A stretch of DNA of 64,000 bases from Candidatus Deferrimicrobiaceae bacterium (GCA_963792415.1 CAWBVY010000006.1:480001-544000), one strand, 5' to 3'. Shown: positions 29,269 through 40,172, counted from the stretch's first letter. Notes: generated by a model not told the origin, from the letters alone. Translations and numbers: made by a program.

Positions 29269-30140
29269 CAGTTTCCACCTCCCGCGGGGACGGCGGGTTC
29301 GCCCAGGCACTTCCCGTCCTTGTGTTCGATCCGCTCCATCGCCGTCTTCTCCTCCCGGAGGTACGCGCGGTTGCGCATCACCAGTTCCTTGAAATCGACC
29401 TGGTGACCGTCGAATTCCGGGCCGTCGACGCAGACGAACTTCGTCGTCCCGCCCACCGTGACCCGGCAGGCGCCGCACATCCCGGTCGCGTCCACCATGA
29501 TCGGATTCAGGCTCACCATGGTCTTGATCCCGTGGGGGCGGGTCACCTCCGCCACGGCGCGCATCATCGGCACGGGGCCGATGCCGATGCACAGGTCGAT
29601 CTTCTCGCCCCGGTCGATGAACTCCTGCAGCGCGGTCGTCACGAACCCCTTCTTCGCGTACGACCCGTCGTCGGTGGTCACCACGATCTCGTCGGAGACC
29701 GCCCGCATCTCGTCCTCGAGGATCAGGAGGTCCTTCGTCCGGGCCCCGACGATCGAGAGCAGCCGGTTCCCCGCCTCCTTGATGGCCGTCGCGATGGGAA
29801 GCAGGGGCGCGGTCCCGATGCCGCCGCCGATGCCGACGACGGTGCCGAACTTTTCGATATGGGTGGCCAGCCCGAGGGGACCTACGACGTCGAGGTAGGT
29901 GTCGCCCACCTTCATCTCCGCGAACTCGGTCGTCGATTTCCCGACCGCCTGGAAGATGATCGTCACGGACCCTTCCGCGGCGTCGGAGGAGACGATCGTC
30001 AGCGGGATCCGCTCGCCGTTCTCGGTGTGGCGGAGCACGAGAAACTGGCCGGCTTTCCGCTTTTTCGAGATGCGGGGAGCCTGGATCCGCTGCATGTAGA
30101 CGTTTTTCGCGATCTCTTTCGCTTCGAGGATGGGGAACAC
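29268..30140 (-). CDS. nfnA: NfnA/SudB-type FAD/2Fe-2S subunit
   Basis: GERIPLTI, GGGIG, MVDATGMCGACRVTVGG...CVDGPEFDG. Confidence 0.9.
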   Translation of the reverse strand: MFPILEAKEIAKNVYMQRIQAPRISKKRKAGQFLVLRHTENGERIPLTIVSSDAAEGSVTIIFQAVGKSTTEFAEMKVGDTYLDVVGPLGLATHIEKFGTVVGIGGGIGTAPLLPIATAIKEAGNRLLSIVGARTKDLLILEDEMRAVSDEIVVTTDDGSYAKKGFVTTALQEFIDRGEKIDLCIGIGPVPMMRAVAEVTRPHGIKTMVSLNPIMVDATGMCGACRVTVGGTTKFVCVDGPEFDGHQVDFKELVMRNRAYLREEKTAMERIEHKDGKCLGEPAVPAGGGN

Positions 30141-30256
30141 GGAGTCTCCTCCACGTCCGCCGTGAAGCGGGGCGGACCGATGAGATTGCCGAGCGTGACT
30201 GGCGGGTGGATACCGACGCTAAATCTGGGCGAGTCTACCCCTTCACCCGACGGGAA

Positions 30257-30841
30257 TCAAGCGGAAAAAGCGGCCCGGACGTCCCGCCAGAGCAGGTCGA
30301 TCCCCGCCTTCGTCCGCGCGGACGTCAGCAGCACCGGCCCGCCGCCGGCAAGCCACGGCTCGCCGTCGAACCGGGCGACGGCCTCCGCCTTCTCGCGGGC
30401 GGAGAGTTTGTCCCCCTTGGTCCCCACCCATCGGTACGGCACCGCCCGCGCCGAAAGAAACGCCGCCAGCTGCCGTTCCTCGTCTTCCGGGCCACGCCGC
30501 GCGTCCACCAGCACATAGACGCGCCGCAGGGAAGCACACTCTTCGAGGTAGCCCTCCACCAGCCCTTTCCACGATTCCCGCTCGGAACGGGAGACTTTCG
30601 CGAACCCGTACCCGGGAAGGTCGGCGAAGGCAAACCTCCCCTCCACCTCGAAGAGGGCGATGCCGCGCGTCCGGCCGGGGGTGTTGCTGACGCGGGCAAG
30701 GCGGGATTGACCGACCAGGGCGTTCAAAAGGGACGATTTCCCGACGTTGGAGCGGCCGGCGAACGCCACCTGCGGAAGCCGGACGGCGGGCCACGCGTTC
30801 CCGACGGGGTCGAACAGGAGGAACCGGGCGGAGGTCGTCAT
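30257..30841 (-). CDS. engB: Ribosome biogenesis GTPase YihA/EngB
   Basis: GRSNVGKSS, SNTPGRT, DLPGYG, TKGDK. Confidence 0.93.
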   Translation of the reverse strand: MTTSARFLLFDPVGNAWPAVRLPQVAFAGRSNVGKSSLLNALVGQSRLARVSNTPGRTRGIALFEVEGRFAFADLPGYGFAKVSRSERESWKGLVEGYLEECASLRRVYVLVDARRGPEDEERQLAAFLSARAVPYRWVGTKGDKLSAREKAEAVARFDGEPWLAGGGPVLLTSARTKAGIDLLWRDVRAAFSA

Positions 30842-30863
30842 CGGGGATTCGGGGCCCTTCCTT

Positions 30864-31451
30864 TCATTTTTTCAGGAGGGAGGAAACCGCCTTCTCGAGC
30901 TCGTCCTCCCGGATCTTTCCCCCCTTCCGCAGCACCACAGTCCCGCCTTTTCCCAGTAGCAGGAGTGTCGGGGTCACCGCCACGCCATACGCGTCGGCGA
31001 CCTTCCACACCCCCTTCGCGTCCAGTTCGTCGACCAGTACCTTGAAGGTATACCCCTCCTGCCGCGCGAATCCCCCGATGACCTGCCGGAGGGGCTCCCC
31101 GTCCACGGCGACGGCGACGACGGCCAGGTCCCCGCCCGCGTACCGGTCTTGCGCCTTCTGCAGGATCGCCATTTCGGCGCGGCACGGATCGCAGAATACC
31201 GACCAGAAGAGAAGCAGGACCGGTTTCCTCGAAATCTCCTCCGAGAGGCGGAACGGATGCCCCTCGACATCGAGGACCGTGAAATCGGGGGCGATCGTCC
31301 CCGGCTCCGCGAGCCGGGTTCCTCCCCCTCCCTGGACCCCCGTGACGGGCGGGGGCTTCTCCACCTCCGCGGCCACGGGGCCGGCAAGGATCGCGAGGAG
31401 GGCAAGTATCGCCGCGAACACCGGAAAGCGTGCTCCCATAATCGCGGTCAC
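30864..31451 (-). CDS. Exported TlpA/ResA-family thiol-disulfide oxidoreductase
   Basis: Signal peptide, APDFTVLD, FWSVFCDPCRAEM, YGVAVTPT. Confidence 0.85.
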   Translation of the reverse strand: MTAIMGARFPVFAAILALLAILAGPVAAEVEKPPPVTGVQGGGGTRLAEPGTIAPDFTVLDVEGHPFRLSEEISRKPVLLLFWSVFCDPCRAEMAILQKAQDRYAGGDLAVVAVAVDGEPLRQVIGGFARQEGYTFKVLVDELDAKGVWKVADAYGVAVTPTLLLLGKGGTVVLRKGGKIREDELEKAVSSLLKK

Positions 31452-31486
31452 GACGCTCCTTCCCTTCCGAACGGCGGGTCGGCAGC

Positions 31487-32599
31487 TCAAACCTTGGGGA
31501 GAACGGCGTCGTCCACCGTGATCTTCGCGTTCTTCCTCAGCTCGGCAATGTACGCGTCGAGAACCTTCTTCCCCTTTTCGTTCCGCAACGCCGCCCGGAT
31601 CTGCTCCTTGACCATGGCCAGGGGAATTTTCTTCCCGTCCCGCACCATCGCCGCGGAGTGCTCCGCGTAGGCCGCCTCGACCTCCTTGTCCGTGACCTCG
31701 ACGTTTTTCCCGACGACATTCTCGGCCATCAGTCCACGGAGAACGAACCGCTCCATCTCCTGCCGCACCGACGTATATCCCTCGGAGCCGTCGATCCCCT
31801 GCTTCTTCGCGTACGCCGAAAGGGCCCGGATCGTCAACTCCCGTTCCAGGATGTTCCCTACCATCACCGGGTTTTTCGAAAGGTCGGGCTGTCCTTGCGC
31901 CCCCCCTCCCGGGGACAGACCGCGGAGGATCTTCTTGACGTCGCCGTACCGGATCTTCTCGTCCCCGACCGAGGCGAGCACGACGTTGTCGGGCACGTTC
32001 TCCGCCTTGCCGATCCGGGCCACCGCCTGGTTGTCCACTGCAGCCCCCGTCTCCTTCTTCGCGGCGGCGATCAGGTCTCCCTGGATCTTCTGGAGCCGGT
32101 TCCCGGAGACCGACTTCACCGCCTGCATCGCGGCGTCCGCGTCGGAGATCCCCTGATTCGCCTCCTTGACCTTGGCGATCTCCGCCTTGATCTCCTCGTT
32201 CGTCACCTTGAGCTTCGCCCGGATCTCCTTGCGCAGCAGCGCCTTGATCCGGACCAACGGGTCGTTCTGCTGGAGGATCTCCTTGAACTCCGACGTGTTG
32301 TCGATCCCGCGGGAACGGCCCTCCTGGGCCAGCAGCCTCACCGCCACGAGCTGGTCGAGGGCTTCCTTCTTCCGCTCCACCGGAATGTCCGGGACCGCGA
32401 ACACGCCGCCAGGAACACCGAGGAACTCCCGGAGTTCGGCGGTCTTGATCGGGTCGCCGTTCACCGTGGCGACCGTCTCCTGCCCCACATCCTTGCTCGA
32501 ACACCCCGCGACGAACATCCCCCCGGCGATTCCCGCCGCGAGGAGGAGGATCGGGAACTTTCGCTGCCGTCGATTCACTTCGGTTCTCCCTTCGATCAT
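31487..32599 (-). CDS. SurA-N/PrsA-like chaperone lipoprotein
   Basis: Lipobox VAGC, VATVNGDPI, duplicated SurA-N-like segments, ELRKNAKITVD; no clear parvulin domain. Confidence 0.75.
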   Translation of the reverse strand: MIEGRTEVNRRQRKFPILLLAAGIAGGMFVAGCSSKDVGQETVATVNGDPIKTAELREFLGVPGGVFAVPDIPVERKKEALDQLVAVRLLAQEGRSRGIDNTSEFKEILQQNDPLVRIKALLRKEIRAKLKVTNEEIKAEIAKVKEANQGISDADAAMQAVKSVSGNRLQKIQGDLIAAAKKETGAAVDNQAVARIGKAENVPDNVVLASVGDEKIRYGDVKKILRGLSPGGGAQGQPDLSKNPVMVGNILERELTIRALSAYAKKQGIDGSEGYTSVRQEMERFVLRGLMAENVVGKNVEVTDKEVEAAYAEHSAAMVRDGKKIPLAMVKEQIRAALRNEKGKKVLDAYIAELRKNAKITVDDAVLPKV

Positions 32600-32639
32600 C
32601 TGAAAACGTGAGATTGCACCATAAACCCCGGGGTGGAGT

Positions 32640-32996
32640 TCAACCGGCCCGACGGCCGGGCGCCGGCGACGCGTCGGGCTTCTCCACGAGCCTCACCCAC
32701 CCCTTCTCCTCGATCCCCCGGAGGAACTCGAGCACCGCCTCTTCCGCCTCTTCCGGATCCCATGAGAAGAGCGCCGCGACCTCCGCGGAGATTTTCCCGA
32801 GCGCGCTGATCCCGTTCAGGCGGGTCCAGATCTCGGCGCCCACGAGGTTCAGCTGGTGGATCTTTCCCTCGACCATCAGGGTGAGCACGCCAAGGTCCTC
32901 GTACTCCTCCTCCTTGCGCGCCTTCTCCCACGCGATCTCGTGCAGCCCCTTTTCGAGGCGCCAGACCACCTCGGGGTTCCGTTTCGGCACGATCAT
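32640..32996 (-). CDS. PqqD family peptide chaperone (resembles GeoRSP-system PqqD)
   Basis: PKRNPEVVWRLEK...GKIHQLNLVGAEIWTRLNG...VLEFLRGIEEKGW. Confidence 0.8.
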   Translation of the reverse strand: MIVPKRNPEVVWRLEKGLHEIAWEKARKEEEYEDLGVLTLMVEGKIHQLNLVGAEIWTRLNGISALGKISAEVAALFSWDPEEAEEAVLEFLRGIEEKGWVRLVEKPDASPAPGRRAG

Positions 32997-33008
32997 TCCG
33001 ACCCTCCC

Positions 33009-33953
33009 TCAGCCCTCTACCAGGCGGATCTGCGCGACGGAAGAAACCCCCAGCCCCGACTCCATCGCTTTCCCGATATGTTCAACGTCCCGGGGCGCAA
33101 GGCGGAAGATCTTTTCGGCCGCGACCACGTCCGCCGCGACGACGTCCCGGGAAGCGAACGCCTTGCCGAACGACTTCACGTCCGCGAGACTCCCCCCGGT
33201 GGGGCCGTTCCGGACGAGGACCCTCCCCGCGTCGATCACGGTGAGGGCAACCGGGACCCGGCGGTTGACGTCCACGAGGCACTCCGGCAGCCGGTAGTGG
33301 ATCTGGCCGCGGTTTCCGCCCATGATCCCCATCATGTTCTTGAGCCCGAGCGTGATGCCGGCGAGCGAGTGATGCTTGGCGATCGGCACGTTGACGATCT
33401 TGTCCGCTTCGAGCGCGTCCCGGTAGAGATCCCACTCCTTGATCGACAGCGCGTTCGGAATGGACGTGCGGACGAACTTCCGGTCCTCGACGTGGTAGAT
33501 CCGCAGCGCATCCTCGACGCGATTCTTCCGGGCGAATCGCTCGACGGCCTCCTTGATGCCGCTATTGACGTAGCAGCGCCGCGCGTCGTTGCAGGTGCGG
33601 TCGAAGACGCGCACCGATCCGGCGCCCGCCGCGAGGCACATCTCGGCGACCGCGACGACGAACTCCGGGTCGGTGTTCGCCGCCTGCTCCGGCGCCCGGT
33701 CCCACCCGATGTTCGGCTTGAGGACGACGACGTCGCCGCGGGAGACGAACACCTTCATCCCCCCCACCAGCGCCACCGCCTGGCGTGCCCGCTCCGCCGG
33801 GGTCGCCGCCGAGGATACGCCCACGTCGACCGTCTTCCCGCCCGCCGCGCGCAGGAGTGACGGGAAGAGGCCCGCGGCAGCCACCGCTCCCGCCGCGCCT
33901 CCCGCCGCCTGGAGGAACCGCCTCCGGCTGAAGGGACATCCGTCTGGGGTCAT
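33009..33953 (-). CDS. DUF362 protein with Tat signal
   Basis: SRRRFLQ twin-arginine motif; VVLKPNIGWDR, ANTDP, DRTC, VPIAKHH, LGLKNMMG. Confidence 0.88.
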   Translation of the reverse strand: MTPDGCPFSRRRFLQAAGGAAGAVAAAGLFPSLLRAAGGKTVDVGVSSAATPAERARQAVALVGGMKVFVSRGDVVVLKPNIGWDRAPEQAANTDPEFVVAVAEMCLAAGAGSVRVFDRTCNDARRCYVNSGIKEAVERFARKNRVEDALRIYHVEDRKFVRTSIPNALSIKEWDLYRDALEADKIVNVPIAKHHSLAGITLGLKNMMGIMGGNRGQIHYRLPECLVDVNRRVPVALTVIDAGRVLVRNGPTGGSLADVKSFGKAFASRDVVAADVVAAEKIFRLAPRDVEHIGKAMESGLGVSSVAQIRLVEG

Positions 33954-34005
33954 CAGGACATGATACGCGCCGGCGAAGGCAATTTCCACCGCCGGGGACG
34001 CGTTT

Positions 34006-35567
34006 TTATTTTGCGAGAACCCCGGTCGAACGGGTTTCGCCCCGGGAGGTGACGAGCACGGCGGCGCGATCGCTCAGCGGGCACTTCGTCTCGCAGACCC
34101 CGCACCCGACGCAGAGATCCTCGTCGATGTACGGCTTCTTGAACATTCTCCACTCCCCCCGCGTCGTGAGCGTCCTCTCCTCCTTGAGTACGATCGCCTT
34201 GCTCCACGTCGGGCAATGCTCCTCGCAGACGATGCAGTCGGACTGCCCCGCCCACGGGAGGCAGCGGCTCCGGTCGACGTACGCGAGGCCCAGCTTCGTC
34301 TTCCTCTTCTCCGGGAGAGGGAAGACGCCGGATCGCGCCGGTCGGGCAGACCTGCCCGCAGAGCGTGCAGTTGTATTCGCAATACCCGATCCTGCGACAC
34401 GAGGATCGGGCTCCACATCCCCTCGATCCCCGCCTCGAACCAGGTCGGCTGGAGGCCGTTCGCGATGCAGACCCGCATGCACTCCCCGCACCGGGTGCAG
34501 CGGGCGAGGAACTCCCCCTCCGGCAACGCGCCGGGGGGCCGGATCAGCAGGGGATCGGGCGCCTTCCCGTGCGCCTCCACCCGGAAGAAGGGAACGGTGA
34601 TCGCCCCGAGCGCGGCCGAGGCGAGAACGCCCCGGCGCGTGAGGTCGACGGCCGCCGGCTTGCGCCCCTCCGTGCCGGAGAAGTGGATCACCTCCTCGGG
34701 GCAGACCGCCTGGCAATCCATGCACTCGATGCATTCGCCGTGGTCGGTCACGGCGACGTCGCCGCCGATCGCCGCCATGCGGCAGTCCGATTCGCAAAGG
34801 CCGCAGCGGGTGCACCCCGCCTCCGTGATCCGCCGCCGGAAGAGACCGAACCGTCCCACGAGCGCCAGCAGTCCCCCGAGAGGGCACAGGTTCCGGCACC
34901 AGAACCGCCGCTGGTACCGCTCCATGGCGAGGATGCCGAGGAAGAGGAGGCCGACGAACGCGGAGGTCCGGAAGACCGGTTGCTCGAAGGCGAGGAAGTG
35001 GGACTTGAGGAACCCGTAGACCGGCTCCGAGATCGCGGGGATCGGCCCGGGCGCCCGGTAGAGCCCGTCGAAGATCCCGTGGATGACAAAGTTCAGCGCG
35101 GGGAAGACGGAGACGGTGAACGTCCGGATGAGGATGCTGATCGGGTCGAAGAGGAAAACCCATTGCAGGGTGAACAGCGAGGAGGCGGCAAGGAAGAAGA
35201 GGATGAGGAACTTGTACCGCCGCCAGGATTCGGGCACCGTGTCCTTTCGCCGGACCTTCCGGGCCTTCCGGAACACCGTCGCGTCCGCGGCGTCGATCAC
35301 GGCGCCGAGCGGGCAGAACCAGCCACAGAAGAACCTTCCCAAAAGAATAGTTAGTCCCACGGTGACCAGCGCGGGCCAGACCAGCCCGATGAGCGCCCGC
35401 CCCGCAAGGGTGGCGGCCCCGGCCATCAGCGGATCGAGCCGGAGAAACAGGTTGACCGCGTACGGAAGGACGTCGTTGTCCTTGTACTCCGTGTTCAGGA
35501 AGAGGAAGACGAAGAGAAGGAACACGAGCCACTGCGAGGCGCGCCGAAGCGTCCGCGTCGTCTTCAC
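34006..35567 (-). CDS. Membrane polyferredoxin (NapH/MauN plus NapG/MauM-like fusion), two frameshifts near 34320-34395
   Basis: GRFFCGWFCPLG, WCRNLCPLG, several CxxCxxCxxxCP motifs, IRPPGA; C-terminus in ORF ending at 34006. Confidence 0.85.
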
Positions 35568-35717
35568 CCGGGAACCCCCGGCGTCGTCATGTTACGGAAC
35601 GCCACGTTTTTATTGTAGCAACGGTTCCGACGCTGTGGCCACATTACTTCCAGCCGAACCTGCGGAGGACTCTCCGCGTGTTCGACTTGCCCCATGCGAT
35701 CCTGATACATTCATGGT

Positions 35718-36439
35718 ATGACTCCCGGGATGGAAGGAACTCCCCCGCGCATACTGGTCGTCATCCCGGCGTACCAGGAGGAGCGGTCGATCGGGGGGCT
35801 GGTCCGCTCGCTCCGGGAGCGATCCCCCTACGACGTGCTCGTCGTGAACGACGGGTCCACGGACCGGACCTCCGAAGCCGCGAGGGAGGCGGGGGCGATC
35901 GTGCTGGACCTGCCGTGCAACCTCGGGATCGGCGGCGCGGTGCAGACCGGGTTCCTCTACGCCAGGGATCGCGGCTACGACGTCGTCGTGCGGATCGACG
36001 GGGACGGGCAGCACGAGGTCGAAGACATCCCCAAGGTTCTGGAACCGATCCTGGCGGGACCGGGCGGACGCGGTCATCGGTTCCCGCTTCCTCGGGGAAA
36101 CGGGATACCGGGGGAGCATTCCACGGATCTTCGGCATCCGCTTCTTCCGCCTCCTCGTCAACGTGACCACCGGGTACCGCGTGACCGACCCGACCTCGGG
36201 CTTCTTCGCGATCAACCGCCGCCTGGTCGAGTTCTACTCCGAACCATTATCCCTCGGATTACCCGGAGGTGGACGCCTACATCCTGATGCAACGCCTCAA
36301 GGCGCGGACCGTCGAGGTGCCGGTGCGCATGTACGACCGGACCGAGGGAAAATCGTCGATCACCGCGTTCCGGGCGGTGTACTATATGGTGAAGGTGACG
36401 CTTTCCTTCCTCATCAACTGCATCCGGAGATTCGGGTGA
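35718..36439 (+). CDS. GT2 glycosyltransferase (DPM-synthase-like), frameshifts near 36060 and 36245
   Basis: VVIPAYQEE, VNDGSTD, NLGIGGAVQTG, DGDGQH; VIGSRF, TDPTSGF and DYPEVD segments lie in shifted frames. Confidence 0.85.
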
Positions 36440-36783
36440 ACCGGGTAACCCTTTTTTCGATCTGCGCCTCCGCCGGGTTCCTTCTCTACATCCTGGAGAT
36501 GGTGCGTCGTCGGAAACTGCGGGAGGAGTATTCGATCCTCTGGCTCTTCGGCAGCGTCGTGATCCTCGTCCTCTCGCTGAAGCAGGACTGGCTGGTCGTC
36601 CTCGCCCACGCCGTGGGGATCGTCTACCCGCCCTCGTTCCTCTTCCTGGTCGGGATCCTCTTCATCCTGCTGATCCTGATCCACTTCTCGATCGCCATCT
36701 CGAAGCTCCACCAGATGAACAAGAAGATGGCGCAGGAGATCGCGCTGATGAAAAACCGGCAGGGGCAGAAATCAGACGAATAG
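36436..36783 (+). CDS. DUF2304 family membrane protein
   Basis: VRRRKLREEYSILW, GIVYPPSFLF, KMAQEIAL; typical partner of the upstream GT2. Confidence 0.85.
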   Translation: MNRVTLFSICASAGFLLYILEMVRRRKLREEYSILWLFGSVVILVLSLKQDWLVVLAHAVGIVYPPSFLFLVGILFILLILIHFSIAISKLHQMNKKMAQEIALMKNRQGQKSDE

Positions 36784-36799
36784 TTTTTCGATTAATCGC

Positions 36800-38119
36800 T
36801 CAGCGGATTTCGGATGCCGGAGATCCTGATCCGCCCGAAAGACCGTCGGCGGGCCCCCCGAGAAATCCCCAAAGCTTTTTCGCGTTTTCCCGGGCATCGT
36901 GGTATGTCTTGAACATTTTCAAGGCATTTTCAACGCACCGGCTCCCGCGCGACGGGTCCCGTAAAAACTCCCGAACGGCGCCGGCAAGGACCCCCACATC
37001 GTCCTGGTCCACTACGATACCGACATCGTGTTCTCTCGAGTACCGAGCGATATAGGAATAATCCGGTGCATGCACGAGCATCGGCCTTCCGGATGCCAGG
37101 TAATCGGTGAACTTCCCCGGCGAAGCCGTGGCGATGATGTCGGGAGCGTCCGTTCCCCAGGCCAAGGGAAGGAAGAGCAGGGTGGCCTCGCTTTGCACTC
37201 TGGGCATCTCCGACTGCGGAGCCGATGTCAATCGCACATTTGACCTCCCGATTCCCGCACTCCGGATCGTTGCTGTGGCCTGGGGGCAGTACAGATCAAG
37301 TTCCACCGGGAGATCTCGCAGGAGGTCCATCGCACGTATCATGCTCAGGACCGCCCCTTCCTGGGCCCAATAGACATTTCCGGTGAACAGGATTTTACAT
37401 GGAAGCTCCCCAGGAGGGCGCGCCCGGAGTCCCTGGAAATCGTGGGGGAAGGCGGAGTTATGTACGATTTCCAGACGAAACGAACCCCCGTACCGTCGGC
37501 GGAGATACTCCCCGGTCCCCTCGTTCGTTACGATCACTACCTCTGCACTCCGTATCAGCCGGGGTTCGAGTATGCGCGCAACGGTTTTGTTGAAACAAGT
37601 AAGATTGTTCCCCCGATAAAGATCGAACAGGTACAGGGAATAGGGAAGACCTGAAATTTTGTGGGCCAGATACGTCCCGAGAAGGGCCAGCCCCTCGTCG
37701 GAGATCCCCAGCAGACGGGTGATCCCGTCCTCGCGGATGACCTTCCGGGACGATCGGATGATCTTCGGGAGATTCAGAAGCAGGTACAACGCATCCAGGA
37801 GCGCTTTTCCGAACAATGGGATCCGCTGGATCAAGACGGACATTCTTCTCCTGATGGGTATCCGGTCCCTTTCTCCTGCCGATGATTCCTTTTTAGATAA
37901 CGACTCACCATCCTTTCGATCGAAATAAACATATTTCCCGGGAAGCCAGGAGCCTGTCGCGGCGGACAGCGGGTCGATCGCGTTCGCGGAGGTCAGGATG
38001 ATGTAGGAGTCCCGGGGAAACAGGGAAAACAGGTTGTACAGGTTCTTCGGGCCGCCGATCATCGGGGGCGCCCAGTTCGTGATGACGAGAATCTTCGTGG
38101 GATCTGCCCGTCGGGTCAA
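36800..38119 (-). CDS. GT-B fold glycosyltransferase (GT4-like)
   Basis: KILVITNWAPPMIGG, ILFTGNVY, SPGKFTDYLASGRPML; TTG start overlaps the upstream stop. Confidence 0.8.
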   Translation of the reverse strand: MTRRADPTKILVITNWAPPMIGGPKNLYNLFSLFPRDSYIILTSANAIDPLSAATGSWLPGKYVYFDRKDGESLSKKESSAGERDRIPIRRRMSVLIQRIPLFGKALLDALYLLLNLPKIIRSSRKVIREDGITRLLGISDEGLALLGTYLAHKISGLPYSLYLFDLYRGNNLTCFNKTVARILEPRLIRSAEVVIVTNEGTGEYLRRRYGGSFRLEIVHNSAFPHDFQGLRARPPGELPCKILFTGNVYWAQEGAVLSMIRAMDLLRDLPVELDLYCPQATATIRSAGIGRSNVRLTSAPQSEMPRVQSEATLLFLPLAWGTDAPDIIATASPGKFTDYLASGRPMLVHAPDYSYIARYSREHDVGIVVDQDDVGVLAGAVREFLRDPSRGSRCVENALKMFKTYHDARENAKKLWGFLGGPADGLSGGSGSPASEIR

Positions 38120-39243
38120 GGAAACCGGAACCAGACCGTCCTGTTGACGTACTCGACGTAACTCAGGATGATCCGAACAACCTTCTTTGAAACGTTCCGG
38201 GGCTCGTAGTCCGGGACCGGTCGGAACGGGGAATTCTCTTCCAGGGATTGTGTGACGACCACCCCAACCGCATTCAGGACGTTTTCCGGCTTTAGACCGC
38301 ACATGATGAGGGTCCCCTCGTCCATCCCCTCGGGGCGCTCGTGGGCCTGGCGTATCGTCACTGCCGGAAAGCACAAGATGGAGGATTCCTCCGTGATCGT
38401 TCCGCTGTCGGAGACCACGCACTGGGAATTCTGCTGGAGTTTGACGTAGTCGAAGAATCCCAAAGGCTTCAGGAACCGGATCCGGGGATCTTCCATTGCA
38501 ATGCCCCGTTCCTCAAGACGTTTCCGGGTCCGAGGATGGGTGGAAACGATCACCGGCTTGTCGTACGCACCGGCGAGGGCCGCCAGGGTCCCGATCAGGT
38601 CCCTGAAGTTCCCCTCGTCATCCACGTTCTCTTCTCGGTGGGCGCTGACGACGAAATATTCCCCAGGAGAGAGTTCCAGCCTGGAAAGGACGTCCGAAGC
38701 GTCGATCCCGGACCGGTAATGTTCGATCACCTCCCGCATCGGAGAACCGGTCTTGATTACAGTTTCCGGACGCAGCCCTTCCCGGAGAAGGTACCGCCGG
38801 GCATGTTCGGTATACGTGAGGTTGATATCGCTCACGTGGTCGATGATCTTCCGGTTGACCTCCTCCGGGACCCGCTGGTCGAAGCAGCGATTCCCTGCCT
38901 CCATGTGGAAGATCGGGATCTTCCGTCGCTTGGCCGGGATCGCGGAGAGGCAGCTGTTCGTGTCCCCGAGGATCAGAAAAGCGTCCGGCTTCTCTCTCTC
39001 CATGACATCGTCGGCGCGTATGATCACGTTCCCGATGGTCTCCGCCGGCGTTCCTCCCGCCACCTCCAGAAAGTGGTCCGGCTTGCGGATCCCGAGGTCC
39101 CGGAAAAAAATCTCGTTCAGTTCGTAATCGAAGTTCTGCCCGGTGTGGACCAGCTGGTGGTCCACATGCCTGTCCAGTTCCGCGATCACCCGGCTGAGCT
39201 TGATGATTTCCGGGCGGGTGCCCAGGATCGTCATGACCTTCAT
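38116..39243 (-). CDS. Non-hydrolysing UDP-sugar 2-epimerase (WecB family, FnlC/WbjD type)
   Basis: MKVMTILGTRPEIIKL, HTGQNFDYELN, HMEAGNRCFDQRVPEE, SDSGTITEE. Confidence 0.92.
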   Translation of the reverse strand: MKVMTILGTRPEIIKLSRVIAELDRHVDHQLVHTGQNFDYELNEIFFRDLGIRKPDHFLEVAGGTPAETIGNVIIRADDVMEREKPDAFLILGDTNSCLSAIPAKRRKIPIFHMEAGNRCFDQRVPEEVNRKIIDHVSDINLTYTEHARRYLLREGLRPETVIKTGSPMREVIEHYRSGIDASDVLSRLELSPGEYFVVSAHREENVDDEGNFRDLIGTLAALAGAYDKPVIVSTHPRTRKRLEERGIAMEDPRIRFLKPLGFFDYVKLQQNSQCVVSDSGTITEESSILCFPAVTIRQAHERPEGMDEGTLIMCGLKPENVLNAVGVVVTQSLEENSPFRPVPDYEPRNVSKKVVRIILSYVEYVNRTVWFRFP

Positions 39244-40172
39244 CGGTCCTCCACCTGCCATGGGAAATGCTCCTTCCCGAGTTCCTCCACCATCCTGGGT
39301 ACCGACGGCGGGGTCGGATACCCTGCGGCTTTCCAGAGGGCGAGGTTTCCTTCCTCATTGTCCGTCCCAAGCGTCCGGTCCACCACCGTTCTCGCATGAA
39401 CCGGGTCGATCGTGATGTCGCCGCGCCTGACGGCCGCTGCGAAATGGCGGAGAAGGGCCGCCTTGGTGACGGTTCCGTCGGGGACGACGTGCTGGAGGTG
39501 GGACAGAGGGAGATTTTTCCGGACGATCCCGAGGCAAATCCGGGCAAAATGGAGCGTCGTCACGCCGTTCCACTCATGGTTTATGTACCCGCCGACCTTT
39601 GCATTCCCCGGCTGCCTGCGGAACCACTCCAAGAGGGAAAGGAACGACTTGTGCTCCGGTCCGATGATGGAGCAGCGCAGATGATGCACGTTCGGGATGT
39701 TCGCCTCTCCGAGGCTTTTCGTCTTCCCGTATACGTCCAGGGCATCGTGAGGATCGCCCTCCCGGTACTTCCCTTTCGCCCCGGAGTAGACGCAGTCCGT
39801 GGCGATCTGGAGGACCTTCGGGCCGGACTTAATTGCCGCCCGGCCAAGGAGATACGGGAACAACGCATTGACCCGGACCGCCCGTTCGACTTCCGCCGCC
39901 CGGTCGTCCCGGATGTACGGCTTGATGACCCCGATGCAGTTGACCACCCAGAGGCAACCCTCGACCGCCGAGGCGATCTCCTCCTCCGTGGATCTCTCCG
40001 CGTCGAGCATCGACCAGGAAACCGCGGGGTAGAAGGCCCGCCACCGGGACAACAGCGCCTCTTCCCTGACCGTTGCGGCGATGTCCACACCCGGGTCCCG
40101 GGAGAAGGTGTCCACGACCATCGCGCCCAGCATCCCGGAGCCGCCGAGAACAAGAACCTTCTGCCTGCCCAT
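39240..40172 (-). CDS. RmlD-like sugar-nucleotide 4-reductase
   Basis: GGSGMLG, NCIGVIK, ATDCVYSG, YGKTK, WNGVTT. Confidence 0.88.
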   Translation of the reverse strand: MGRQKVLVLGGSGMLGAMVVDTFSRDPGVDIAATVREEALLSRWRAFYPAVSWSMLDAERSTEEEIASAVEGCLWVVNCIGVIKPYIRDDRAAEVERAVRVNALFPYLLGRAAIKSGPKVLQIATDCVYSGAKGKYREGDPHDALDVYGKTKSLGEANIPNVHHLRCSIIGPEHKSFLSLLEWFRRQPGNAKVGGYINHEWNGVTTLHFARICLGIVRKNLPLSHLQHVVPDGTVTKAALLRHFAAAVRRGDITIDPVHARTVVDRTLGTDNEEGNLALWKAAGYPTPPSVPRMVEELGKEHFPWQVEDR

